This document shows positions 1-12,726 of a stretch of 64,000 nt of DNA, in pieces; position 1 is the stretch's first letter; each line of letters opens with the position of its first letter. The stretch is from NCBI RefSeq assembly GCF_044704955.1, contig NC_091993.1, positions 19,840,001 through 19,904,000 on the forward strand, written 5' to 3'. Under the pieces are notes generated by a model. The model was given only the letters and a program-made list of their open reading frames with translations, was not told where the DNA came from and searched no databases. The DNA is from Pristiophorus japonicus. Lineage: Eukaryota. The translations under genes were made by a program, and so were the position numbers.

Positions 1-717
1 TGGTCGGATAATTGGCCACACTCCATTCAGGGGAGGCCCTCCTCGCTGCCTGGTTTTCCAGTCTTTGTTACGTCCTCCCAGTGAAACATATCCATCCCCA
101 CCCAGGGGTTTAGACAGGTAAGGCTGTGGGAAAGTGAGGATCATGGGCATCCACTGATATTCTGTCCCTTCCTCTTGGCAACACCTCGTCCAGATAACGT
201 GACACCAAGTGACGCCAGCTAACAATACCATTCCAGTGAGCTACAATCCACGAGTATGGCAATGCGTCATGCCCCCGAGATTCCAGCTCCGCACTCCGCA
301 AAGCACATAAAAGTAACATTGCAACAAGTGTGAATTTTATGTCGAATTTAAATTCCAAAATTTAATTTCAATCAGTTTCCAGCTCACTAGAGCTAATAGA
401 ACTGTAGAACAGCCTCTCATTGGGGGGAAAACATCGAATTAAAAATGAAATAAATTATCTGATTAAACTGTATTAATGACCGACATGGATAGAACTTTGG
501 GATTAAATACAAGGATGTGTTAATGGCAGCCCTTTCATGTCTGTGAACAATCTACAGCTGAATGAATGCTTCGGGTGAGCAAGTTACAAGCCTCACACAC
601 AAGGGAACGATCTTCACATCTCAAACAGAGAGAGCTTCAAGGCCAAGTGCCTGGGTGAGTGACCCTTAGAAATAAAGACTTTGCATTTATTTAATAAAAA
701 CAGAAAATGCTGGAAGT

Positions 718-1410
718 AACATAAGAACATAAGAAATAGGAGCAGGAGTAGGCCATTTGGCCCCTCGAGCCTGCTCCACCATTTAATAAGATCATGGCTG
801 ATCTGATCATGGACTCAGCTCCACTTCCCTGCCCGTTCCCCATAACCCTTTTTTCCCTTATCGCTCAAAAATCTGTCTATTTCCGCCTTAAATATATTCA
901 ATGACCCAACCTCCACAGCTCCCTGAGGCAGAGAATCCCATAGATTTACGACCCTCGGAGAGATGAAATTCCTCCTCATCTCAGTTTTAAATGGGCGGCC
1001 CCTTATTCTGAGACTTTGTCCCCTAGTTTTAGTTTCCCCGATGAGTGGAAATATCCTCTCTGCATCCATCTTGTCAAGTCCCCTCATTATCTTATATGTT
1101 TTGATAAGATCACCTCTCATTCTTTTGAAGTCCAATGAGTATAGACTCAACCTACTCAACCTATCTTCATAAATCAACCCCCCTCATCTCCGGAATCAAC
1201 CGAGTGAAACCTCTCTGAACAGCCTCCAATGCAAGTATATCCTTTCGTAAAAATGGAGATCAAAACTGTAGGCAGTACTGCAGATGTTTCCTCACCAATA
1301 CCCTGTACAGCTATAGTAGGACTTCTTTGCTTTTATACTCTATCCCCTTTGCAATAAAGGCCAACATTCCATTTGCCTTCCTGATTTACTTGCTGTACCT
1401 GCATACTAAC
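718..1410 (-). mobile_element. CR1 LINE, 3' segment (interrupted by Gypsy element)
   Basis: ORF 815-1177 (RMRGDLIKTYKIMRGLD...RNFISPRVVNLWDSLP) is the typical CR1 ORF2 C-terminus; tail AACATAAGAACATAAG at 718. Confidence 0.93.
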
Positions 1411-1621
1411 TGTTTCTATGTAAACCTGTAAATACCTTGTTTAACCACCAGAGGGCTCATCCCCTGGAGTCCCAAGGGATCCCACAATCCCATGGGAGCA
1501 CCTGTACTTAAGGAGGCCTCACAGGCTGGAGAGGCACTCTGGAGACCTGTAGTAAAAGACTAATGTCACACTTTAATTTGAGCTCACAGTATCTGGTCAG
1601 ACTCTTTATTCATACACAACA
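1411..1621 (+). repeat. 5' LTR of Gypsy family A
   Basis: Direct repeat of 5772-5983 (about 13 differences counted by eye); ends CAACA before the PBS. Confidence 0.95.
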
Positions 1622-1623
1622 AC

Positions 1624-1633
1624 TGGCGATGAG
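1624..1633 (+). promoter_or_regulatory. Primer binding site, tRNA-Ser(GCU)-like
   Basis: TGGCGATGAG resembles TGGCGACGAG, the complement of the 3' end (CTCGTCG-CCA) of vertebrate tRNA-Ser(GCU). Confidence 0.75.
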
Positions 1634-1639
1634 ATACAG

Positions 1640-4600
1640 ATGATGAACCCGATGATGCAGAGAATAGTGGGCATCCTGGAGAAATTTTCAAAGGGAGATG
1701 ATTGGGAAACCTTCATGGAGCGACTCGACCAATACTTCGTGGCCAACGAGCTGGAAGGAGAAGCGAACGCTGTCAAACGAAGGGTGATTCTCCTCACCGT
1801 TTGCGGGGCACCAACATATGGCCTCATGAAAAATCTGCTTGTTCCAGCCAAACCCAGAGAGAAATCATATGATGATTTGTGCACACTGGTCCGGGAGAAT
1901 CTGAACCCGAAGGAAAGCGTTCTGATGGCGAGGTACCAGTTCTACACGTACAAAAGGTCTGAAGGCCAGAAAGTGGTGAGCTATGTCGCCGAGCTAAGAT
2001 GCCTTGCAAGACATTGCGAATTTGAAGGACATTTGGAGCACATGCTCAGGGACTTCCTTGTACTTAGCATTGGCCATGAAGTGATACTTTGCAAACTTTT
2101 GACTGTAGCGATCCCAACCTTGAGTAAAGCCATAGCGATAGCCCAGGCGTTCATTGCCACCAGTGACAATACCAAGCAAATCTCTCAGCACACGAATGCT
2201 GCTGCAAGTACTGTGAACAAAGTAATATTGTTTTCGAATCGCAACGTACAGGGCAGGCCTCACATGCCTGCAGCTGCATGTCGCAGATGTCTCAGAGTCC
2301 ACCATCAAGGGTGATGAATGCTATGCCATTAACACATTGTTGGCGCTGCAGGGGTGATCATCATTTCCATTCATGCCACTTCAAAGGGTACATTTGCAAG
2401 GGCTGTGGAACAATGGGACATCGCCAACGTATGTGCAGGCGAGCTGCAAACGCTGCTAATCCTGCAAATCACCATGTTGCAGAGGAGGACAGATCCACAG
2501 TAGATCACGATGAACCAGAGCCTCAGACGAGGAGGCAGAGGTATATGGGGTGCACACATTTACCACAAAGTGTCCTCCGATAATGCAGAAGGTTGAATTA
2601 AATGGACTCCCAGTGGTCAATGGAGCTGGACACGGGCGCGAGCCAGTCCATTATGAGCAAAAAGACTTTCGATAAATTGTGGTGAAGCAAGGCCTCAAGG
2701 CCAGTCCTGACTCCCATTCACACTAAACTGAGGACGTACACAAAGGAACTGATTCCCGTAATCAGCAGTGCTACTGTAAAGGTCTCCTACGATGGAGCGG
2801 TGCACAAGTTACCACTCTGGGTGGTACCGGACAATGGTCCCACGCTGTTCAGCAGGAGCTGGCTGGGAAAGATATGCTGGAACTCGAACGATGTCCGAGT
2901 GCTCTCGTCCGTCGATGACACTTCGTGTGCCCAGGTCTTAAACAAGTTCCCCTCGCTGTTCGAACCATGCATTGGGAAGTTCCAAGGAGCAAAAGTGCAG
3001 GTCCACCTAATTCCGGGGGTGTGACCCATCCATCACAAGGCGAGAGCAGTACCGCAAATGATGAGAAAGAGGGTGGAGATCGAGCTGGACCAGCTGCAAC
3101 GAGTGGGCATCATTTCGCCAATCGAATTCAATGACTGGGCCAGTCCGATTGTTCCAGTCCTCAAGGGAGATGGCACCATCAGAATCTGTGGTGATGACAA
3201 AATAATTATCAATCGTTTCTCCCTGCAGGATCAATACCAACTACCAAAAGAAGATGACCTTTTTGCAAAGCTCGCGGGAGGAAAGACGTTCACGAAGCTG
3301 GACTTGACTTCGGCCTACATGACGCAGGAGCTGGAGGAATCATCGAAGGGCCTCACCTGCATCAACACGCACAAGGGTTACTTCATTTACAACAGGTTCC
3401 CGTTTGGGATTCGATCAGCCGCAGCGATATTCCAGAGAAACATGGAAAGCTTACTGAAGTCGGTCCCGCGCACCGTGGTCTTCCAAGATGACATCTTGAT
3501 TACAAGTCGGGACACAGTCGAGCATCTGCAGAACCTGGAGAAGGTTCTTAGTTGGCTCAACCGCATAGGGCTCAGATTTAAACGCTCGAAGTGCGTTTTC
3601 CTGGTGCCTGAAGTGGAGTTCCTGGGGAGAAGAATCGCGGCAGACGGCATCAGGCCCACCGATTTGAAGACGGAGGCAATCGAGAATGCACTGAGGCCAC
3701 AGAACGGAGCTGCGGTCGTTTCTAGGACTCCTGAACTACTTTGGTAACTTCTTACCGGGTCTCAGCACACTGTTAGAACCACTGCACGCCTTACTGCATA
3801 AAGGAGACGAATGGGTATGGGGTAAAGGCCAAGAAAATGCCTTTGTAAAAGCTAGAAAACTGTTATGCTCAAACAAATTGCTTGTGTTGTATGATCCATG
3901 TAAGCGTTTGGTACTAGCATGTGATGCGTCATCATACGGTGTCGGGTGTATATTGCAACAAGCTAATGAATCTGGGAAATTGCAACCAGTTGCTTATGCA
4001 TCCAGAAGTCTGTCTAAGGCTGAGAGGGCCTACAGTATGATTGAAAAAGAAGTGTTAGCGTGTGTTTATGGGGTAAAGAAAATCCATCAATATCTGTTTG
4101 GGCTCAAATTTGAATTGGAAACTGACCATAAGCCACTGATATTCCTCTTTTCTGAAAGTAAGGGGATAAATACGAATGCATCGTCCCGTATCCAGAGATA
4201 GGCGCTCACGATATCCGCATACAACTACGCCATCCACCACAGGCCAGGCACAGAAAACTGTGCCAATGCTCTCAGTAGGCTGCCATTGCCCACCACGGGG
4301 GTGGAAATGGCACAGCCCGCAGATTTAGTTATGGTAATTGAAGCATTCGAGAGTGAACAATCACCCATTACCGCCCAACAGATTAGAACCTGGACGAGCC
4401 AGGACCCCTTACTGTCCTTAGTAAAAAAAACTGTGTGCTTCACGGGAGCTGGTCCAGTGTCCCATTAGAGACGCAGGAAGAGATAAAGACGTACCAGCGG
4501 CGCAAAGATGAAATATCTATACAGGCAGACTGCCTTCTGTGGGGTAATCAGGTAGTGGTACCCAAAAAGGGCAGGGACACTTTCATCAGTGATCTCCACA

Positions 4601-5730
4601 GTACCCACCCAGGCATCGTAATGATGAAAGCGATAGCCAGATCCCATGTGTGGTGGCCCGGTATCGATGCGGACTTAGAGTCCTGTGTGCACAAATGCAA
4701 CACATATTCACAGTTAAGCAATGCACCCAGGGAGGCGCCACTAAGTTTATGGTCTTGGCCCTCCAAACCATGGTCTAAGGTCCATGTCGACTATGCAGGC
4801 CCATTCTTGGGTAAAATGTTCCTAGTGGTTGTAGATGCATACTTCAAATGGATTGAATGTGAGATAATGTCGGCAAGCACGTCCGCTGCCATCTCTGAAA
4901 GCTTGCGGGCCATGTTTGCCACACACAGCCTGCCTGATTTCCTTGTGAGTGACAACGGACCGTGTTTCACCAGTGCCGATTTCAAAGAGTTCATGACCCG
5001 CAACGGTATCAAACATGTCACATCTGCTCCCTTCAAACCAGCATCCAACGGTCAGGCAGAGAGAGCAGTGCAAACAATCAAGCAGAGCTTGAAGAGGGTA
5101 ACTGAAGGCTCACTGCAGAATCGCCTATCTCGACTCCTGCTTAGTTACCGCATGAGACCCCATTCACTCACTGGGATTCCACCCGCTGAACTGCTCATGA
5201 AAAGGGCACTTAAGACAAGGCTCTCGTTAGTCCACCCTGATCTACACGAACAGGTAGAGAGCAGGCGGCTTCAACAAAGTACATAACATGATAGCGCAAA
5301 TGCGTCAAGCGAAATTGAAATTAATGATCCTGTATTTGTGTTGAACTATGGACAAGGTCCCAAGTGGCTTCCTGGCATTGTTGTGGCCAAAGAGGGGAGT
5401 AGGATGTTTCGGGTCAAACTTTCAAATGGACTCATCTACAGGAAACACTTGGACCAAACCAAACTCAGATTCACGGACTATCCAGAGCAACCCACATTAG
5501 ACCCTACTTTTTTTGACCCCCCCAACACACACACCATTTGGCAACCGACACAGCGGTTGACCATGAAGCAGAACCCATCACCTGCAGCAATCCAGCAGGA
5601 CTCAGTCAGCCCAGCAAGACCAGCTGCACAGCAGCCCAGCGAGGGCCCAACAAATGATTCACCCAAAACCAGCATTTGCACCGAGACGATCAACCAGGGA
5701 AAGAAAGGCCCCAGATCGACTCACCTTGTA
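1640..5730 (+). pseudogene. gag-pol polyprotein pseudogene (K02A2.6-like), multiple frameshifts and stops
   Basis: Gag with two Cys knuckles (CWRCRGDH..C, CKGCGTMGH..C); protease MELDTGAS ~2620; RT with FQDD (3058-3747); RNase H CDAS..ETDHKPL (3878-4201); integrase HHCC region and VDYAGP/SDNGP/NGQAE (4435-5286). Confidence 0.95.
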
Positions 5731-5771
5731 AATAGTTACACTATTGACTTTGGGGGGGGGGGGCGTGGTGT

Positions 5772-5983
5772 TGTTATGTACGTAAACCTGTAAATACCTT
5801 GTGTAACCACAAGAGGGCTCATCCCCTGGAGTCCCAAGGGATCCCAAAATCCCTTGGGAGCACCTGTACTTAAGGAGGACTCACAGGCTGGAGTGGCACT
5901 CTGGAGACCTATAATAAAAGACTAATGTCACACTTTACTTTGAGCTCACAGTATCTGGTCAGACTCTTTGTTCATACACAACA
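5772..5983 (+). repeat. 3' LTR of Gypsy family A
   Basis: Follows the poly-G PPT; direct repeat of 1411-1621; contains AATAAA. Confidence 0.95.
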
Positions 5984-7480
5984 CTAAATTTTTGTGTTTC
6001 ATGCACAACACTAAATTTTTGTGTTTCATGCACAAGCACCCCCAGATCCCTCTGTACTGCAGCACTTTGCAATGTTTCTCCATTTAAATTATAATTTGCT
6101 TTTCTCTTTTTTCTGCAAAATTGGATAACCTCACATTTTCCAACATTATACTCCATCTGCCAAATTTTTGCCCACTTACTTAGCCAGTCTATATCACTTT
6201 GCAGATTTGTTGTGTCCTCCTCACAATTTGCTTTCCCATCCATCTTTGTATCATCAGCAAACTTGGCTTCATTACACTCAGATCCTTCATCCAAGTCATT
6301 AATATAGATTGTATATAGTTGAGGCCCCAGCACCGATCCCTGTGACACCCCACTAGTTACTGTTTGCCAACCTGAAAATGACCCATTTATCCGGACTCTG
6401 TTTTCTGTTAGTTAGCCAATCCTCTATCCATGCTAACAAAATACCTCCAACCCCATAAATTTTTATCTTGTGCAGTAACCTGTTATGTGGCACCTTATCG
6501 AATGCCTTCTGGGAATCCAAATACTCCACATCCACTTGTTCCCCCTTATCCACTCTGCTCATTACATCCTCAAAGAACTCCAGCAAATTTGTCAAATATG
6601 ATTTCCCTTTCATAAAACCATGCTGTTTCTGCTTGATTGAATTATGCTTTTCCAAATGTCCTGCTACTGCTTCCTTAATACTGGACTCCAGCATTTTCCC
6701 AATGACAGATGGTAGACTAACTGGTTTATAGTTTCCTGCTTTTTGTCTGCCTCCTTTTTTAAAATAGGGGAGTTACTTTTGTGGTTTTCCAATCCACTGG
6801 GGCCGCCACAGAATCCAGGGAATTTTGGGAGATTACAACTAATGCATCCACTATCTCTGCAGCCACTTCTTTTAAGACCCTAGGATGTAAGCCATCAGGT
6901 CCAGGGGATGGTCCAGGGGACTTGTCCACTTTTAGTCCCATTACTTTACCGAGTACTACTTCTTTAGTGATAGCGATTGTATTAAGTCCCTCCCTCCCTA
7001 TAGCCCCTTGATTATCCACTATTGGGATGTTTTTAGCGTCTTCTACCGTGAAGACCGATACAAAATATTTGTTCAATGTCTCTGCCATTTCCTCGTTCTC
7101 CATTATTAATTCCCTAGTCTCATCCTCTAGGGGAGCAACAGTTACTTTAGCCACTTTCTTTTTTATACCTGTAGAAACTCTTACTGTCTCTTTTTATATT
7201 TTGTGCTAGTTAACTTTCGTAATCTATCTTACCTCTCTATCCTTTTTTTAGTCATTCTTTGCTGGCTTTTAAAAGTTTCCCAATCCTCTGGCCTCCCACT
7301 CGTCTTGGCCACATTGTATGCCCTTGTTTTCAATTTGATACCATCCCTTATTTCCTTAGTTAGCCATGGATGGTTATCCCTTCTCTTAGTCTTTCCTTCT
7401 CATTGGGATATATATTTGTTGCGAGTTATGAAATATCTCCTTAAATGTCTGCTACTGCTCATCAACCGTCTCACACTAAA
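5984..7480 (-). mobile_element. CR1 LINE, continuation of 718-1410 (RT domain)
   Basis: ORFs with SQGSVLGPQLY..FADDTK, QHGFMKGKS..KAFDKVPH and KSPGPDGLHPRVLKE; sequence joins seamlessly across the Gypsy insertion. Confidence 0.95.
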
Positions 7481-7683
7481 TCTGAAATAAAAACAGAAAA
7501 TGCTGGAAATACTCAACAGGTCCGGCAGCATCTGTGGAGAAAGACAGAAGGTTCTGACGAAAGTTCATCAACCTGAAATGTTAAATCTGTTTCTCTCCCC
7601 GCAGATGCTGCTAGACCTGCTGAGTATTTCTAGAATTTTCTGTTTTTATTTCAGGTTTCCAGCATCCGCAGCATTTTACTTTT
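7481..7683. repeat. Palindromic Penelope-derived non-coding repeat with a degenerate hammerhead motif in the loop
   Basis: Arms ~7481-7546 and ~7587-7654 are inverted copies; the sequence matches the 3' end of the GIY-YIG-bearing fragment at 54907-55463; CTGACGA..GAAA at 7554-7578. Confidence 0.75.
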
Positions 7684-7721
7684 ATCGTCGTCATAGACAG
7701 TCCCTCGGAGTCGAGGATGAA

Positions 7722-7915
7722 CTTGCATTCACATAGCACCTTTCACGACCTCAGGATACTATATAGATAATTAAGTACTTTTGGCGTGTAGTCAGTGTTG
7801 TAATGTAGGAAACGTGGCAGTCAATCTGTGCACAGCAAGCTCCCACAAACACGAATGTGATAATGGCCAGATCATCTGTTTCAGCGATGTTGATTGAGGG
7901 ATAAACATAGGCCAG
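7722..7915 (-). mobile_element. Deu-domain/L2-tail SINE, 3' fragment
   Basis: Similar to 20216-20693. Confidence 0.8.
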
Positions 7916-8569
7916 TAGGCAAAGCTCAGAAATTCATCCAATTTTACAGTTCTTGCGGCTATCTGTGGTGCGAATGTTCTTAGGACTGAGAAGCAAATAT
8001 AAACTTAAGTTTGACTTTGGAATTGAATTCTTCCTCCAATGGGCCACCAAGAAATACGCAAATAAAAAAATAACGGAGCATCACAGTGGGGGCGAGGTTG
8101 GCGCGGCGAGTAGGGAGAGAAGGGGGATTCAGCTCACAGCCAATACAATAGCTGAATTGGTGCCTGTGAAACACAGTTTGAACGTTGTAGAGATTGTAGA
8201 ATCACAGCACTGCCTGATTTTCTTCAGGGAGGTTGAGGAAGAAACTTAAGAGTTTGTTAAAATAGAGGATCAGCAGGTGGGAGGGAAGGAAGTCCTTGAT
8301 AAAATAGTTAGCCATGGGCTCTGCATGGGCGGATTGGCAGACTTTGGATGGAGTGAGATTGATGGGCTGAATGGTCTTTTCTTGACTTGTGTCCTTAAGA
8401 AAGCTAAAATGGCGCTATGGAAACACTGAAAGACTTTCATCCATGGGACCAGCACTACGAAAGCCAAATTTAATAATATTGAATTAGGTTCCAGACTTTG
8501 GGAACAGATCCAATGTTGTGTAATTCCAACGTCCTGGGTCTCAAACTGTAAACCACATTGAGTGACAAC

Positions 8570-9494
8570 GGCTTAGAAATTCGATGAAGCCCAAAAACGT
8601 GCGGTGCCACCGTGGGCCAAGGTTAACGCTCGCCCGTACAAAGAGCGCAGGCAGCCCTGTTGTTTTGGTGCTGCCTGCTGATTTAAATGAACGTAGCGCA
8701 GAACCTCCCGTGCAACACGCTCTTTCAGGCGGTACCATCAGCAGGAGGTCGAAGGTCGGGTCTAATCTATCTGTGCGGCGTGATCAGGAAATCGCGATTT
8801 ATTGAAGTGAAGTGCAACGTTACCGGTTAAGGTTCGTGTTTTGTTGGTTGACAGAGAAGGTATGCAAGATAAATCAAAGCCTAAAAATACACCAATCTGT
8901 CAGATTGTAAAGAATGCACATGCAGTTTAGCTGAATTCTATGTTTAATTCAACTGCTGACACACTCAAATATTTGGTCGGCTAATTTGTCAACTACAATT
9001 ATTAATCAAAAAAAGTCATCATCAACTGATTCAATGACTGCTATTTGGGTGGAATCATTCTGGCTGTTTGAATACTTGAAGTTACGACAACTCATGCTAC
9101 ATGTGTCATCACATTTCTGATTACATCATCAAATGTAAACAATGTCAAAATGATCTGAAACAGTGATCAGCGGGGAATGCACACCTGTCACAGAGCCTGG
9201 GCTCACTGGGACTGCACACACTCTGCATAGTTACTGAAGACTTCTCAGAGATCCATAGATCTCCACCACTTGCTCCCGGGTCCACGCGCTTGTAGCAGCA
9301 TTGCACGCCAATTGACGTCATGTTCTTGATCATTAGAATATATGTGCCGAGCACAGGCAACGGCAGCCCTGCCGAACTGCCCAATATGGCGGCCGCCGCG
9401 TTCCATGGCGGAAGTGAACGGAAGCGAGGCGGCCACCAATGTTTCTTCAAAACCAGCCTTAACGGCCGGCGCTAAAAGTTCAAATTTCTCGGCG
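8570..9494. mobile_element. Candidate old Harbinger-type non-autonomous DNA transposon
   Basis: Degenerate TIR (GGCTTAGAAATTCG vs rc CGCCGAGAAATTTG, 10/14), flanks AAC/AAT, CpG-rich subterminal blocks. Confidence 0.35.
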
Positions 9495-10063
9495 AATATA
9501 ACTGATGTTATATTAGGCCACAAGGTGTTGACATTAATTTACAGGTACAACTAATAGTCATTTTGAACTTAAATGTTCACTGTCCAATATCAGACAGCGC
9601 TTGGTACAGTTGGTCTAAGTGCAATACTTCCACATACAACCAAGTTACAGAATAGCAGCAAGAAAAGCAATGGGGCCGAATAAAATGATCTAAAACGTGC
9701 CATGCACTTGGTCCGAAATGGAGTTGATCTGAAGAAAATATTTTTTAAATTTTGCCCATCACACGCTACTGCTCTTAAAACGAAGAAACATCTCGACTGT
9801 AATCACCATAACGTGATTCTATCTGTGAATCCAATTTTGATTTTCCTGAGATAACATTGTCACTATGGCAACAGCTCCAGTTGTTCTCATATCACGCTGT
9901 CTTCCCTGGCCGACCGCACGCTCCTTTCAACAGTTGCACTGCTTCACAGATTAATTTTTAAATTTATTTCAGAGTGTGAGTCAAATATACTTGCTTCGTT
10001 CAGAAGTAAGGCGTTTTCTGCTTTTCCCTTTTTTCCGACATACTGAGATTGACTTCCATGAAA

Positions 10064-10652
10064 TGCATGCATTGGCTATAAGCTGATGGGGGTTAGAATG
10101 TAAAAGTAAGGAAGTAATGCTTCAGTTACACAGAGCCTTGGTCCAATCCCATCTGGAGTGTTGGGTTCAGTTTTGGGCATCAAACCTCAGGAAAGATATA
10201 TTGGCCTTGGAGGGAGAGAGCGTAGATTCACCGGAATGGTTACGGGGCTTGAAGGGATAAAATTGTGAGATCAGGTGGCATAAACCTGGTTTGTATTCCC
10301 TTGATCTTAGAAGTTTGAGAGGTGATCTAATCAAGGTGTATAAAATGATAAAGGGATATGATAGGGTAGATATAGAAAAATTTATATATAAAATTATAAG
10401 GGGCCTAGATAGAGTGGATAGGACGGATCTATTTCCCTTAGGAGTCAACAACCAGGGGGCATAGATTTAAAGTAATTGGTAGAAGGTTTAGAGGGGATTT
10501 GAGGAGAAATTTCTTCACCTAGAGGGGTCTGGAACTCACTGCCTGAAAGGGTGGTAGAGGCAGAAAACCTCACCACATTTTAAAAGTACTGGATGTGCAC
10601 TTGAATTGCTGTAACCTACAGGGCTATGGACCAAGAGCTGGAACGTGGGATT
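10064..10652 (+). mobile_element. CR1 LINE 3' fragment(s)
   Basis: CR1-typical segments (TTCAGTTTTGGGCA..AGGAAAGATATATTGGCCTTGGAG; AGAGGTGATCTAATCAAGGTG). Confidence 0.88.
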
Positions 10653-11587
10653 AGGCAACGTGAGCAGATGGAATCTCCGCTGAGGCACTGAAGTATGGCG
10701 GAGAGGCACTGCTGGCACGAATACATGACCTTATCTCTCTCATCTGGAAGGAGGAGAGCATGCCGGGAGATCTAAGAGATGCAGTAATCGTGACCATCTT
10801 TAAAAAGGGGACAAGTCCGACTGCGGCAACTACAGAGGGATCTCCCTGTTTTCAGCCACTGGGAAAGTCATCACTAGAATCCTCCACAACTGTCTTCTTG
10901 TGGCTGAGGAGCTCCTCCCAGAGCCACAGTGCGGATTTTGTCCTCTTCGGGGTACAACGGACATGATTTTTACAGCGCGACAGCTGCAAGAGAAATGTAG
11001 GGAACAGCACCAACCCTTGTACATGGCCTTCTTTGACCTTACAAAGGCCTTTGACACTGTCAACCGCGAGTGTCTATGGAGCGTCCTCTTCTGTTTTGGA
11101 TGCCCCCAAAAGTTCATCATCATCCTCCACATGCTCCATGACGACATGCAAGCCGTGATCCTGATCAAAGAATCCATTACAGATCCAATCCACGTCCGGA
11201 CAGGGGTCAAGCAGGGCTGTGTCATCGCGCCAACCCTCTTCTCAATTTTCCTCACTGCAATGCTCCTTCTCACTCTCAACAAACTCCACGCTGGAGTGGA
11301 ACTAAATGACAGAACCAATGGGAACCTGTTCAACCTTCGTCATCTCCAGGCCAGATCCAAGACTGTCCCAACCTCTGTTGTCAAGCTACAGTACGCAGAC
11401 GACGTATGCGTCTGTGCACATTCAGAGACTGAACTCCAAGTTATAGTCAACATCTTCACTGAGGTGTACGAAAGCATGGGCCTTACACCAAACATCCGTA
11501 AGACAAAGGTCCTCCACCAGCCTGACCCCGCCACACAACACTGCCCCCCAGTCATCAAGATCCACGGCGCGGCCCTGGACAACGTGG
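10653..11587 (+). mobile_element. RTE-clade LINE internal fragment (RT domain)
   Basis: QCGFCPLRGTTDMIF..FFDLTKAFDTV..GVKQGCVIAPTLF..LQYADD. Confidence 0.93.
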
Positions 11588-11689
11588 AGGCTGAATAGCT
11601 CTTTGTTGCCCGGCGTGGACATGACGGGCCGAAATGGGTTCCTTCCGTGCTGTAAATTTTGATGATTCGATGAAACTATTCGGCCTGGA

Positions 11690-11985
11690 GGTGAAATCCA
11701 AAACAAGGCGGCGTCATTTTCAAATTAGAGCTGGGCCATTTGGGAATGAAATCAAAAAACATTTTTTCACAGAAAAGGTAGTGGAAACCTGAAACTCTTC
11801 CTCTCAAAAGGCTGTGGATGCTGGGTCAATTGAAATTTTCAAGATCAATAGATGTTTGTTAGGTCAGGGTATCAAGGGATATGGAGCAAAGGCAGGTAAA
11901 TGGAATTGAAGTACAGATCAGCCATGATCTAACTAAATGCTGGGACAGGCTGGAGGTGCTGAATGGCCCACTGCTGGTGCTGTGT
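11690..11985 (+). mobile_element. CR1 LINE 3' end fragment
   Basis: Similar to other CR1 3' ends (GGTATCAAGGGATATGG..GATCAGCCATGATCT). Confidence 0.8.
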
Positions 11986-12726
11986 TCTACCCATATCCAG
12001 CGTGCTCTCCTCGACCAGCCGCTCTGCCCATCTCGCTAAAGGAAAACAACTGGAAGACACTAAAGTTGCAAATTGTTGAAAGTCACACCGCTCTGTTCTG
12101 CAGCATCAAGCAACTGAACAACTGCCAAGAGCTTAGACTGTTGGAGATGGCATATTGGCGTGTGGTGAAAGTGATACCGTTGAATAACCCACCAATCACT
12201 ATGTTAGAGCAAAAATTAAAACTCAACAAAGGCAAGGCTAAATTAAGAGAGAGATCTTCCATTCTGAGCATATCTCACTTCAAGCAAAGGTCTGAAGCCA
12301 GATCCAGTCAAGTCCCAGCTGTGTTGGAGAGGTTCAAACTACAAATGTCACAGGAACCCAAAGCCTCGTTGGCTATGTTACTTATCTCGCTACATTTTTT
12401 GTTGAACCTCTGATGTCTATCGGCCACTGAAGAAAGCGAACACTGAATTAATGAAGTATTGTTACACATTCACGGCCAAGCAATTGACCAAGTCAAGAGA
12501 CCAGTGTAATGTATGCCCCTGTGAGTATTCTCACAGCTTTGTAGAGTTGTTGAGTTGTGAGCGGCTTAGCCAGTCACATGATGTTCACAAGACTCAATAA
12601 AACCCCAGCCAGTTGGCTTCAGGGGGTCCATGATGAGGCAGGCGCTTGTGAGCCTGGTGGATGAACTGGTAATGTGTAGTGTGATTGTTAAACATTTGCT
12701 GATAAACCAACTAGTTCTTAATAGCA

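Larger units (their letters stand above)
1411..5983 (+). mobile_element. Full-length decayed Ty3/Gypsy (Mag-like) LTR retrotransposon, family A
   Basis: Two ~212-bp TG..CA LTRs; PBS TGGCGATGAG at 1624; G-rich PPT ~5752-5763; TSD CTAAC/CTAAA; gag-PR-RT-RH-IN order. Confidence 0.97.

Noticed and set aside
5338-5793. env-like third ORF in Gypsy A
   Set aside because: It is the integrase C-terminal extension after a premature stop; no signal peptide or transmembrane segment
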